In this document: in pieces, positions 1-8,868 of the stretch | Layout: each line of letters opens with the position of its first letter | Numbering within the stretch: position 1 is the first letter of the stretch | Assembly: GCA_016284295.1 (NCBI GenBank) | Contig: JAEEOP010000033.1 | Location: 7,735-71,734, forward strand | Source: Methanomassiliicoccaceae archaeon | GTDB taxonomy: Archaea > Thermoplasmatota > Thermoplasmata > Methanomassiliicoccales > Methanomethylophilaceae | Length of the DNA stretch: 64,000 nt | Direction: 5' to 3' | Notes under the pieces: model-generated | Database searches by the model: none | What the model saw: only the letters and a program-made list of their open reading frames with translations | Told to the model about the DNA's origin: nothing | Program-made: the position numbers and the translations under genes

Positions 1-114
1 CGGATAGTCATAGGAGAGGACGGTGTCGAACGGCACGATGAAAAGGGACACGAGCGCGAGGATCGCTGAGATGACCAGTAGATAGTCCTTCTTCACGTGC
101 TCTAAGATGTCCAT
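1..114 (-). CDS. Partial (runs off window) membrane protein, possibly SLC13/citrate-type anion permease
   Basis: ATG at 114 gives an open frame MDILEHVKKDYLLVISAILALVSLFIVPFDTVLSYDYP with a hydrophobic N-terminal helix; family assignment is tentative. Confidence 0.45.
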   Translation of the reverse strand, partial: MDILEHVKKDYLLVISAILALVSLFIVPFDTVLSYDYP

Positions 115-246
115 ACCGTGCTGAACGACAGGTGCCTAATAACTATATCGCTGGTAGCACACATCAGCCATCACTTGTAAGGTTTTTTAATAATCAAAGA
201 ATACGAGCAATCAGAACGGAAGGTAAAGGTCTGGGGGAGTTCTGAA

Positions 247-1920
247 TTGGACGATCTTGTAATCGCATCAGCCATTTTGACGCTACTTGCAGGCATAGGG
301 GTTTTCCTTACAGCCTGCATCATGCTGAGTTCCAATTTGGAGTCCATGAGCAGCGGACGTCTCAAGAAGATGTTCACGAAGGCTTCCAAGAGCAAACTGT
401 ATGGTGTCGGTATCGGTGCCGTAGGTACGGCGGCCATCCAGAGTTCCGGAGCCATGACCGTCATGGTCATCGGATTCGTCAACGCGGGGATCATGGCCCT
501 GCCTCTGGCGGCCACGATCATCTACGGAGCGAACATCGGTACTACGATAACCGCCCAGCTTGCCGCCATCGGTATGTTCAGCGGCAATTCGATATCCCTT
601 GCCCTCATCTTCTCCGCATTCGCCGGTATCGGCGCCTTCGCGATGACCTTCGCCAAGAATGATTCCACCAAGCTCTGGGCCGGTGTCATCACAGGTTTCG
701 GTCTGCTTTTCGTTGGACTCACCATGATGGCATCCTCCATGTCGGAGTTCGCGGAGCTGCCTGAGGTCGTCGAGTTCCTCTCTTCGATAGACAATATCAT
801 CCTTCTCCTGCTGATCGGTATCGGTCTGACCGCGCTCGTCCAGAGCTCGTCGGTCGTGACCACGTTGGCCATCACCATGGTGGTCACCGGGCTCATCAAT
901 CTCGAGCAGGGTATCTATCTGACATTGGGATCCAACATCGGATCGTGTGTCGTCGCCATCATTGCCGGATTCTCCGGAGGGCTCAACGCCAAGAGGACAT
1001 CCGTCATACATCTTCTCTTCAACGTGTTCGGAGTGGTGATATTCGTCATCGCCGGATTCGTCATGGGAACGTTCGGGGTCCAGTACTCGGGTCTCTTCGA
1101 ATCCCTGTTCCCCGGAGCGCCGTCCACCCAGCTGGCCATGTTCCACACGTTCTTCAACGTGGTGACCGTCATAATCATGCTCCCGCTGACCAACAAGCTG
1201 ATCAACCTCGTCGTCAGGCTGGTCCCCGACAAAGGGGAGCCCGAGGAGACCGAGTTCATTCCAAAGCTCCACTTCCTGAACGAGTACATGCTCAGGACCC
1301 CGCCTCTTGCGGTCCAGCAGGTGATGAAAGAGGTACTCAACATGTCCGTCATAGCCATGGACAACTACCGCAAGGCATGCCACATGATCCGCACTATGGA
1401 CTTCTCGAAGGAGAACGAATTCTGCAACAACGAATAGGAGCTGAACTTCCTCAACAAGGAGATCGCCAGGTTCCTGGTCAAGCTGTCAGAGAACAAGCTC
1501 AGCGAGAGGGACCAGATATACATCTCCACGGTGTACCACACCATCTCGGACATGGAGCGCATAGGAGATTATTCCAAGAACATCATGGAGTACGCCAAGA
1601 AGATGGATGAGCTCGGATTCAAGTTCTCAGAGGTCGCACTCCAGGAGACCATGGTCATGGAGGGGCTGATCGATCAGCTCTACGACAAGATCGAGCAGGC
1701 ATACAGCGAATCCAACGAGACCGCTTTGGAGCAGGCGTACGACATCGAGGAGAACATAGACGTCGTGACCGAGGAGATGGCGGAGAACCATGTCAAGAGG
1801 CTCAACGAAGGCGTGTGCACCCTGGATGTCGGTTCGGAGTTCCTTGCGATGACCTCGGATTCCGAGAGGGTGGCGGACCACCTGATCAACATGGGCAAGG
1901 TAATCAGGCTGTACTCCTGA
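247..1920 (+). CDS. Na/Pi cotransporter family protein (NptA-like) with C-terminal PhoU domains; one in-frame TAG at 1435-1437 (probable Pyl)
   Basis: QSSGAMTV and QSSSVVT cotransporter repeats plus GANIGTT/GSNIG motifs; track ORFs 247..1437 and 1531..1920 are in one frame separated only by a TAG (NNE-TAG-ELNFLNKEIARFL...SDMERIGDYSKNI). Confidence 0.88.
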
Positions 1921-2286
1921 TCGGACGTACGCGCTCTTCAGGCGTTTCCCGTTCCTGACCCTGCCGTAGAACATCGCGACCATCACGCAGTCGTCGGGCG
2001 TCAGGTCCCCGAGCTTGTAGTTGAATCTGCTCTTGGAAAGCTTGAACGTGCGGTCGGTCCTGACCGTGGACGTCTTGTCGAGCATCACCTCATATGGATC
2101 GACCAGTTTGATATCCGTCTCCGGATGGTGGCCGTGGGATGTGACCATGAATACTATCAGGTCGTCCCCCTTCTTGTCCAGCACGATGACCGGGCGGTTC
2201 TTCGCTCCCGTGAGGTTGTCGAAGTCGACCTTCGCGTTCCAGACCTCCATCGGTCTCGGCACGGAGGGGTCGCTCTTCAGCTTCAC
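1627..2286 (-). CDS. PemK/MazF-like protein (core ~1920-2286) with an open-frame tail antisense to the Na/Pi gene
   Basis: EVWNAKVDFDNLTGAKNRPVIVL..VFMVTS..STVRTDR pattern typical of the PemK/MazF fold; GTG start 4 nt after the ubiA-family stop. Confidence 0.65.
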   Translation of the reverse strand: MKLKSDPSVPRPMEVWNAKVDFDNLTGAKNRPVIVLDKKGDDLIVFMVTSHGHHPETDIKLVDPYEVMLDKTSTVRTDRTFKLSKSRFNYKLGDLTPDDCVMVAMFYGRVRNGKRLKSAYVRSGVQPDYLAHVDQVVRHPLGIRGHRKELRTDIQGAHAFVEPLDMVLRHLLGHDVYVLLDVVRLLQSGLVGFAVCLLDLVVELIDQPLHDHGLLECDL

Positions 2287-2290
2287 GTTA

Positions 2291-3121
2291 TCACGCGAGG
2301 AAACTGTAGTACACGGCGCTCAGGATGAATGCGAGCAGACCGAACAGCATACCGATCTTGGCCTTCTTCTCCGCCGCATGGGGGTCCGAGAAGACCTTGT
2401 AGGCGCAGTAGAAGAACGTGATGTCCGCCAGGATGACCGAGTAGTACAGGTAGTTGTTCGGATCCAGGTATATCGGGTACCAGCTGAGGATCGGGCCTGC
2501 GATGTAGAATATGGCCGCGACGATGGATGCGTTCCTGACCCCGATGGACATGGGGAGGGTCTTCCTGCCGACGTCGGACTCCATGTCCTCGATGTCCTTG
2601 GAGATCTCCCTTCCGACGGAGACCAGCGCAGCCATCCCACCGACGGCGATGTTCGCGGTCCAATCCCCGACAAGTGCGCCTGCGAGCAGGAACACCATGC
2701 CGGTGAGCAGTGCAATGGTGAGATTCCCTATGAATCCCCTCTGCTTGAGCGCGACCTCGTACAGGAACATCAGGATCACGGCGATGATGACGATCGCTAT
2801 GCATGCCACGTCCATCGTAAGGAGCGACAGCACCGCGGACAATGCCAGCATCACAAGGCCAACGTTCCTGGCCTGGACCGGGGTCATCTCCCCGGATGGC
2901 ACCGGGCGGTCTGGATGTGCAGTGCGGTCGATGTCCACATCGATGTAGTCGTTAAGGGAATTGCCTCCGGCGATGAAGGTGAACACTACGGCGAAACCTA
3001 TGACGAGGTTCACCCAATGGTCGACCATGGAGGTCCCGGCAGCCATGAAGGCGGCTATCAGGATCGCCACGGATCCTATGAGTGCGTTGTTCAGCCTGAA
3101 CAGCCGAAGGTACTTGTTCAT
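2291..3121 (-). CDS. UbiA-family prenyltransferase, probable digeranylgeranylglyceryl phosphate (DGGGP) synthase
   Basis: NDYIDVDIDRTAHPDRPVPSG and REISKDIEDMESD aspartate-rich motifs; multiple TM helices. Confidence 0.88.
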   Translation of the reverse strand: MNKYLRLFRLNNALIGSVAILIAAFMAAGTSMVDHWVNLVIGFAVVFTFIAGGNSLNDYIDVDIDRTAHPDRPVPSGEMTPVQARNVGLVMLALSAVLSLLTMDVACIAIVIIAVILMFLYEVALKQRGFIGNLTIALLTGMVFLLAGALVGDWTANIAVGGMAALVSVGREISKDIEDMESDVGRKTLPMSIGVRNASIVAAIFYIAGPILSWYPIYLDPNNYLYYSVILADITFFYCAYKVFSDPHAAEKKAKIGMLFGLLAFILSAVYYSFLA

Positions 3122-3235
3122 GACCGTACCATGGGATAAGGTCTATAATTCTGTTGGCTACGGGAATCTACGGATAGTCGAACGCTATCTTTATCTCTAA
3201 GACTACATACGGCATGTAAAAATTGGGTGTGGCAC

Positions 3236-3964
3236 ATGGGTTTGGGCGATATTTTCCAGATTTCGACAAATGATATCGTCGCCCTTGTGCTGGTCTACAT
3301 ACTGATTGTTGTCGTCCTAGCGGTCGCCCTGCTCGTTCGCAAGGGTTTCGCCGACAGGTTCGACATACGCAAGATCATCCACATAGGGATAGGAAATTTC
3401 GTCTTCATCTGGTGGATGTTCGAGCACGCATGGGTGATGGAGGCCTTCTTCGCGATACCGTTCGCGATAATCCTGTTCGCCGCCATGCTCAAGGACAACG
3501 CCATAGCCAGGTCGTCCCTGGGGGAGATCTCCAAGGATATGGGCCACAGGCAGGGCCTGTTCCTGTATGTGGTCAGCATCGTCATCCTTGTAGCGCTCTG
3601 CTTCAACGACCACTGGACGGCGGCATCCATCGGAATAGTCGCCATGACCTGGGGTGACGGTTGCGGAAGCATAATCGGCAAGAGGTTCGGGAAGCACAAG
3701 TCCTTCAACGGCAAATCCGTCGAGGGTACCCTGGCCGTTTTCGTGGCCACGGCGATAGTATCGATGATACTGGTGGTCTTCCTGGGATACATGCCTCTGC
3801 CCGATCTTACCGGGATATCGTTGGTCGCAAGCATCCCCCTGTGGGCGTGCTGCATAGTGGCCGGATGCGTCGTGGCGGTGACGGAGACGTTCTCCCCTGG
3901 CTGGATAGACAACATCGTCAACTGCCTCGCTGTGACCGGCGTGATGATACTCCTAGGACTGTGA
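3236..3964 (+). CDS. Dolichol/phytol (polyprenol) kinase family membrane protein
   Basis: RKIIHIG, GDGCGSIIGKRFGKH..KSVEGT and DNIVNCL motifs of the CTP-dependent polyprenol kinase/cytidylyltransferase family. Confidence 0.8.
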   Translation: MGLGDIFQISTNDIVALVLVYILIVVVLAVALLVRKGFADRFDIRKIIHIGIGNFVFIWWMFEHAWVMEAFFAIPFAIILFAAMLKDNAIARSSLGEISKDMGHRQGLFLYVVSIVILVALCFNDHWTAASIGIVAMTWGDGCGSIIGKRFGKHKSFNGKSVEGTLAVFVATAIVSMILVVFLGYMPLPDLTGISLVASIPLWACCIVAGCVVAVTETFSPGWIDNIVNCLAVTGVMILLGL

Positions 3965-3968
3965 TCTC

Positions 3969-4550
3969 ATGACATGGTACGCGGTCGACGGCATGGACGG
4001 TTCCGGGAAGACGACGTCTTCCGATTTCCTCAGGGAGCAGCTGATGGCGGAGGGCCGCAAGGTGCTGGAGATCACCCATCCCAATTCGGAGACCTCTTAT
4101 GGGAGGACCTCTGCCAAATACCTGTGCAGGAAGGGCAAGGGTGCAGTCATGATCTCCACACTGTTCTACATCCTGGACGTGCTCCATTCCCTCAGATACA
4201 AGAGGAAGCATGGCAAGGAGTACGACGACGTCATATTTGTCAGATACAGCCTAGCCGCCGCCTACATGCCCGAATCCCTTTGCAAGCCCATATACAAGAT
4301 AATCGAATTCGTGCTTCCTATCCCCGATGTCAAGATCTACGTGGACATCGACCCGAAGATCGCACTGGAGCGTATCTACGAGAGGGGGGAGGAGCTGGAG
4401 ACGTTTGAGACGGCGGAAAGCCTTGAGAAGACCCGCCGCCGCATGGGGATGATCACTGACTCATGGATCAAGATAGACAACTCCGGCACGCCGGAGCAGA
4501 CCCGCGAGCAGACCAAACGCATTCTCGAGGAGGTGAGGAAGCATGCATGA
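3969..4550 (+). CDS. tmk: Thymidylate kinase-like P-loop kinase
   Basis: AVDGMDGSGKTT P-loop, PDVKIYVDIDPKIALERI; the usual DRY motif reads VRY. Confidence 0.72.
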   Translation: MTWYAVDGMDGSGKTTSSDFLREQLMAEGRKVLEITHPNSETSYGRTSAKYLCRKGKGAVMISTLFYILDVLHSLRYKRKHGKEYDDVIFVRYSLAAAYMPESLCKPIYKIIEFVLPIPDVKIYVDIDPKIALERIYERGEELETFETAESLEKTRRRMGMITDSWIKIDNSGTPEQTREQTKRILEEVRKHA

Positions 4551-5166
4551 TCCCACGCACAGATTCGAAGGCGATATATCGCCGCGCACCGAGAAGGTCG
4601 CCAAGATCGTATCGCTCATTGGGCAGCCGCCGTTCCTGGCGATAGTTCCCTTCGTTGCGATATGCATGACGATGTGCGAGGACACGACGTTCGGCATCAT
4701 CTGCTCTGCGGCATCGATCTTCGCCGCTACTATCCTCCCGATAGTGAACATCATGTTCTTCTCCAAGAAGTTCAACAACACCGACAAGCTGGACGTCGTC
4801 AACAAGGAGGACAGGATGCTCCCCCTCATCGCAGGCGTTCTGGGATACGTCGTGGGTGTGGTCCTTCTGTTCCTTCTGAACGCGCCATGGCTGGCGACGG
4901 TGTTGATGATATGCTACGCGGTCGTCACCGGAGTGATTACGCTGATCACGCCCTATTGGAAGATCAGCATCCATTCATGCGGAGTGGTCGGTCCCTCGAT
5001 GGGTCTTGCAATATGCTTCTGGCCTGTCGGCCTCGCATACTTCCTGATCCTTCCGCCGGTGGTCTGGAGCCGTTATGTGCTGAAGAAGCACACTCCGATG
5101 CAGCTGCTGATGGGTGCTGTGGTCGGTTTCATCATCACCGCGATCATATTCGCGGTATTGCTTTGA
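4543..5166 (+). CDS. PAP2-like (phosphoesterase-related) membrane protein
   Basis: YWKISIHSCG and WSRYVLKKHT motifs; about 6 TM helices; overlaps the tmk stop. Confidence 0.7.
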   Translation: MHDPTHRFEGDISPRTEKVAKIVSLIGQPPFLAIVPFVAICMTMCEDTTFGIICSAASIFAATILPIVNIMFFSKKFNNTDKLDVVNKEDRMLPLIAGVLGYVVGVVLLFLLNAPWLATVLMICYAVVTGVITLITPYWKISIHSCGVVGPSMGLAICFWPVGLAYFLILPPVVWSRYVLKKHTPMQLLMGAVVGFIITAIIFAVLL

Positions 5167-5174
5167 GAAGATGC

Positions 5175-5190
5175 CCGGCCCGAGGGCCGG
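5175..5190. terminator. Hairpin between convergent genes
   Basis: CCGGCC-CGAG-GGCCGG perfect 6-bp stem between stops at 5166 and 5201. Confidence 0.45.
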
Positions 5191-5200
5191 TAAGTGGTGT

Positions 5201-5749
5201 TCAGAACTTGGATCCGATCTCAGCTGCCTGAGCGAGGAGCTGGGGGTTCTGTTCGGCGGTGTGCGGGTTGTTCCCGTCCACCATGGTGATGTTGCCGATG
5301 GGCTCCATCTTGAAGTACGAGACCATCCTTCCGGCGATCTGCGCCGCAAGCTCGTCCGCACCGGCGGATCCTGCGCTGACGACGACCGCGACCTTCTTTC
5401 CCGTAGGGATGTTGGGTGTGAACGATCCGTCGATGAAGCTGAAGAACCTGTCCTCGAGGAGCCTGTACTGTCCTGTGGGCTGTCCGAAGTAGACCGCCGT
5501 GGAGAGGATGACCCCGTCCGCTTCCCTGATGGCATCGAGCACGGGGGTGAGCTCGTCCTTCAGTACGCACTTGCCTGCCTTCTTGCATCCCATGCATGCG
5601 ATGCATCCCCTTCTGTCCTTGAGTGTGGCGACGTTGAAGACCTGGACGTCGTGTCCCTTGCCCTTTGCTGCGTCGACCATCGCTTTGACGATGGTCTCGG
5701 AGTTCCCGTCCTTCCTAGGACTGGAGATCACTGCTACTATTTTTCCCAT
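5201..5749 (-). CDS. Iron-sulfur flavoprotein / NADPH-dependent FMN reductase family
   Basis: SSPRKDGNS FMN-binding start, CIACMGC-x5-C cluster motif, STAVYFG. Confidence 0.88.
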   Translation of the reverse strand: MGKIVAVISSPRKDGNSETIVKAMVDAAKGKGHDVQVFNVATLKDRRGCIACMGCKKAGKCVLKDELTPVLDAIREADGVILSTAVYFGQPTGQYRLLEDRFFSFIDGSFTPNIPTGKKVAVVVSAGSAGADELAAQIAGRMVSYFKMEPIGNITMVDGNNPHTAEQNPQLLAQAAEIGSKF

Positions 5750-5847
5750 GTTGGTAACCTCGGTTCATCGGTAAATCTACACGTTGAAAAATGTATCGAG
5801 ATTTGTTTCGGATGAGGTCCATCAGAGTTGAATCGCTCGATCCTGGT

Positions 5848-6540
5848 TCAGATTATCCTCTGCACATCGGCCTCGACCATCTCAGGGACGTCTCCGTAGA
5901 ACGCTACCTTGCCGCCGATGCAGGCCATGCATCCTTTGACCCCTTGGAGCGATCCTACTTTCTCCAGGGCTTCCGACAGGGAGTCCTCGTCGGTCACGAG
6001 GTTCCCGAGCGCCGTGGCGCAGCAATCTGCGAGGATGACATCGTCGGAGAACACGGTGCACACATTGCTGGAGCCCAGCGATACCGAAGGTCCTATCTTT
6101 GCCGATGAAGAACATATCCCGGTGATGCCGTCGGACGATACCATGAAGGCCACGTCCTTGAGGACGGGGTGGTCCGCGAACAGCCCCACAGGGACCTGAC
6201 GGTCGGAAAGGAACGCGATGTCCCCGCCGTTCTCCACGATGGCCTCCCTGGCGCCCGCTTCCTTCGTCCTTTCAACCGCATGCACGGCAACGGCGCCGGC
6301 GACTCCGGCGAACGGGCCTACGCCGGAGATCTCGGATGCATTGCACATGCGTTGGATGAGGGTGTCGTCATCGGAACTGGCTGGATAGGGTTCGTAGGTG
6401 ATCCTGAAGAAAGGGTCCTCTGCTACTTTTCTCTCGATGATGTCCCTGGCCTCGAATATCGCCTGTTCGGCGACCTTCGCGAAGGGTTCCTCGCAGACAA
6501 TGCTGACGATGGTCTCCTTGTATTGGAAGCGCGTCCTCAT
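5848..6540 (-). CDS. UPF0280 (ApbE-superfamily) protein
   Basis: ATG at 6540 (MRTRFQYKETIV); GVGPFAGVAGAVA, ENGGDIA, GICSSSAKIGPSVSLG, ADCCATALGN motifs. Confidence 0.85.
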   Translation of the reverse strand: MRTRFQYKETIVSIVCEEPFAKVAEQAIFEARDIIERKVAEDPFFRITYEPYPASSDDDTLIQRMCNASEISGVGPFAGVAGAVAVHAVERTKEAGAREAIVENGGDIAFLSDRQVPVGLFADHPVLKDVAFMVSSDGITGICSSSAKIGPSVSLGSSNVCTVFSDDVILADCCATALGNLVTDEDSLSEALEKVGSLQGVKGCMACIGGKVAFYGDVPEMVEADVQRII

Positions 6541-6947
6541 ATGTGCAGGCCGAGGGCGTGGACGGCGCAGCTGTTCAGGCATGCGCCGCATGCGATGCAC
6601 TTGCTGTCGTCGAAGTTGATGAGGAAGGTCTTGGGATCCATGCTGATGCATCCGGTGGGGCAGATCGAGGTGCATGCTCCGCAATTCCAGCAGAGACACT
6701 CGTCGCGGTGGATGCGCTTCTCCAGCTCCTTGATGTCGAAACCGGCCTCCTCCAGCCTCTCCTCGGCCTTGACCAGCTTCTCCTCGTCGCCGACAAGCGA
6801 GAGGATCATGACTCCTGATCCGTCGCCGGAGATCTCCGCCTTCAGGATGTTGGGCCTGAGGTCGAACTCCGATACGAGGATGTACGCTACCGAATCCTGG
6901 ACGTTGGATTCCGTGAAATTGATCTTGAACTTCTTCTCGGTCATCAT
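6537..6947 (-). CDS. NIL-domain / 2x[4Fe-4S] ferredoxin (MA1822-like partner in homocysteine synthesis)
   Basis: N-terminal NIL-like domain (FDLRPNILKA), CWNCGACTSICP and CIACGACLNSC motifs; coupled to the upstream gene. Confidence 0.88.
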   Translation of the reverse strand: MMTEKKFKINFTESNVQDSVAYILVSEFDLRPNILKAEISGDGSGVMILSLVGDEEKLVKAEERLEEAGFDIKELEKRIHRDECLCWNCGACTSICPTGCISMDPKTFLINFDDSKCIACGACLNSCAVHALGLHI

Positions 6948-8101
6948 CAGCACCTCCTCTCCTCGAGCTTGTTGAGCTTCCTCTCCTTGGGGAACGGCAC
7001 ATCAGCGGGTTTGTTCAGCATGAACTCCCCGTGCTCGATCCAGTCCTTGAGCCTGTTGGCGACGTCCCTGGCTCCGGAGTAGGATGACATGGACGAGGTC
7101 CTGATGTGCTTCCCGTTGTACTCCACCTTTCCTGTCCTGAGCTGGGCGTAGCTGTACCTGGCCATGGGCGGTCTGTCCACCGGCTGGCTGTAGTCCACCA
7201 TGTCCGCGAAGATCTGGTCGTCGGATATGGCGCACCTCTCCATGATCTCCTTGTTGAGGATTGGGATGGGAATCCCGATACCGACCGCCATGGAGATCCC
7301 GTATCCGGTGATGTCCAGTCCGCGGACGTACTTGGCGTCCATCTGCTTCATGTCTCCGATGAGGGCGAGTGTCCTGGCCCCTGCGACGGGGACCCCGTTG
7401 ACCTCCTCAACATTGGTCTTGAACTGTGTGCCCGGCCATGCGACGTATCCCTCTCCTCCTCCGAGGAAGATCCTGGTGCCCATACCGATGGTCTCGAGAT
7501 GGGGGTCGTTCAGGAGCGGTGAGAGCTGTCCTGCGGAGCTGTATGTGGCGTTCTTCATCCTGGGCAGGAGCTTTCCCATGTAGGTGTAGATGGTCCTGTC
7601 GGACGTGTTGGTCGCTATCGAGTAGTTCTGATAGCAGTTGCGGGGGTTGTAAAGGTATGCGTCGTTGATGTCGTCGAGTGTGATGTAGGTGTCGATGTCC
7701 TTCCTGACGTAGCAGTCCGTACCCGGACCCCAGGCGTGGAGATGGATCTTCTTCCCTGCAATGAGGTCCTCGATGACGTGGGCGCCTCCGTAGCCGCCTT
7801 TGGAATTGGTGGTGAGCGCAGTCGCACCGATGTAGGTGTCCACGGCGGCCAGTCCTCCGTCCACGGGGACATCGTTCAGCCTGATGTCTGTCATACGGAT
7901 CGGAGGGGACGAATGTCCGAAGTTGACGAACGCTCCAGAGGAACACATGGCTCCGAAAGTCCCGGTCGTCACGACGTCCACTTCTTCCGCTGCCTTCTCC
8001 GCTCCATTGGATCTTACGAGGTCGATTACTTCCTCGGCGGTGTAGACCACCGCTTTACCGGAACGGATCTTCTCGTTGATTTGCTCGTATGTCTTCGGCA
8101 T
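6947..8101 (-). CDS. Homocysteine biosynthesis protein (DUF39 / MA1821-like aspartate-semialdehyde sulfurtransferase)
   Basis: KTYEQINEKIRSGKAVVYTAEE, VDVVTTGTFGAMCSSGA, NPRNCYQNY, LNDPHLETIGMGTRIFLGG. Confidence 0.9.
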   Translation of the reverse strand: MPKTYEQINEKIRSGKAVVYTAEEVIDLVRSNGAEKAAEEVDVVTTGTFGAMCSSGAFVNFGHSSPPIRMTDIRLNDVPVDGGLAAVDTYIGATALTTNSKGGYGGAHVIEDLIAGKKIHLHAWGPGTDCYVRKDIDTYITLDDINDAYLYNPRNCYQNYSIATNTSDRTIYTYMGKLLPRMKNATYSSAGQLSPLLNDPHLETIGMGTRIFLGGGEGYVAWPGTQFKTNVEEVNGVPVAGARTLALIGDMKQMDAKYVRGLDITGYGISMAVGIGIPIPILNKEIMERCAISDDQIFADMVDYSQPVDRPPMARYSYAQLRTGKVEYNGKHIRTSSMSSYSGARDVANRLKDWIEHGEFMLNKPADVPFPKERKLNKLEERRC

Positions 8102-8182
8102 CTGTTCACCTTTATTATGTAATAATCCATTGTTTCGCCATACATATAACTTTAGCCAGTTTGCCACGGGCATATCGGAGCG

Positions 8183-8365
8183 ATGACAATGCCCGACCAT
8201 GATGGCAAGGGACATCTAGAGAGGGAGATGAGGCCGCTGAAGGGCGTGAAGGACAATTACCACAAGACCGTTCTGACGCTCGACAGGTTCGGAATGGGGT
8301 CCGATGAAGGGATAGGGGTGGTCAACGTCATCGATTGGCTGCTCGGGAGACCATCTAAACGATGA
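8183..8365 (+). pseudogene. C-terminal remnant of an AAA_14/DUF4143-type ATPase
   Basis: EREMRPLKGVKDNYHKTVLTLDRFG..GIGVVNVIDWLL matches the typical C-terminus of this family; no ATPase domain upstream. Confidence 0.6.
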
Positions 8366-8440
8366 TGAGGTGAGAAGGACCGTTCTCCATCCGATGCCCG
8401 ATTCAATGAATTGGGGGCCGGTCCGGCCCATAGGTCATAG

Positions 8441-8477
8441 TTATGAAAATTCGGAATACAATTCCGATAAATCATAA
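8441..8477. promoter_or_regulatory. Operator-like inverted repeat
   Basis: TTATGA-AAAT-TCGGAAT-ACA-ATTCCGA-TAAA-TCATAA, about 27 nt upstream of the ATG at 8504. Confidence 0.45.
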
Positions 8478-8503
8478 AAAAGTTCGACGATGATGTTGGA
8501 ACG

Positions 8504-8785
8504 ATGATCGAGAGAACCATCTACAAGCAGATACTCCACAGCATCTCTGTCAGGCCGGTCACTCTCATAACAGGTGCCCGCCAGGTAGGAAAGACCACAC
8601 TATGCCTCAAGCTCAGGGACGAGAAGGGATTCGGACACGTGTCCCTCAGGGACAAGGACGAGCGGGCGATGGCCAGGGGGATCCCAACCCAATATCCGAT
8701 AACGGCGAAAGGGGTCCTGTGCCTCACGGAGAAGCTGTATCCGATAGAGAAAGGGATCTACGCTCTCCCGGTGTCATCGATCTGA
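8504..8785 (+). pseudogene. Internally deleted AAA_14/DUF4143-type ATPase
   Basis: Intact N-terminus with Walker A (ITGARQVGKTT) joined after ~59 aa to a family-type C-terminus (GVLCLTEKLYPIEKGIYALPVSSI); only 93 aa long. Confidence 0.7.
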
Positions 8786-8868
8786 GAACGGGTCGGCATA
8801 AGGCTGGATAGGAACCAACTTTCCGCCACTATGCCGTTATATATCTGGATGTCGGAATAGCATAGGCC

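Noticed and set aside
283-1383. Long antisense and alternate-frame ORFs (e.g. 283..1383, 19513..20832, 22365..23768, 54277..55812)
   Set aside because: Shadow ORFs of GC-rich genes with strong codon bias; no motifs, and each lies wholly over a well-supported CDS
5848-7002. 384-aa ORF as one gene
   Set aside because: Its first ~150 aa are an off-frame reading of the ferredoxin gene; the real UPF0280 gene starts at 6540
5848-8101. DUF39 / NIL-ferredoxin / UPF0280 operon as a novel system
   Set aside because: It matches the already characterised methanogen sulfide-to-homocysteine assimilation genes
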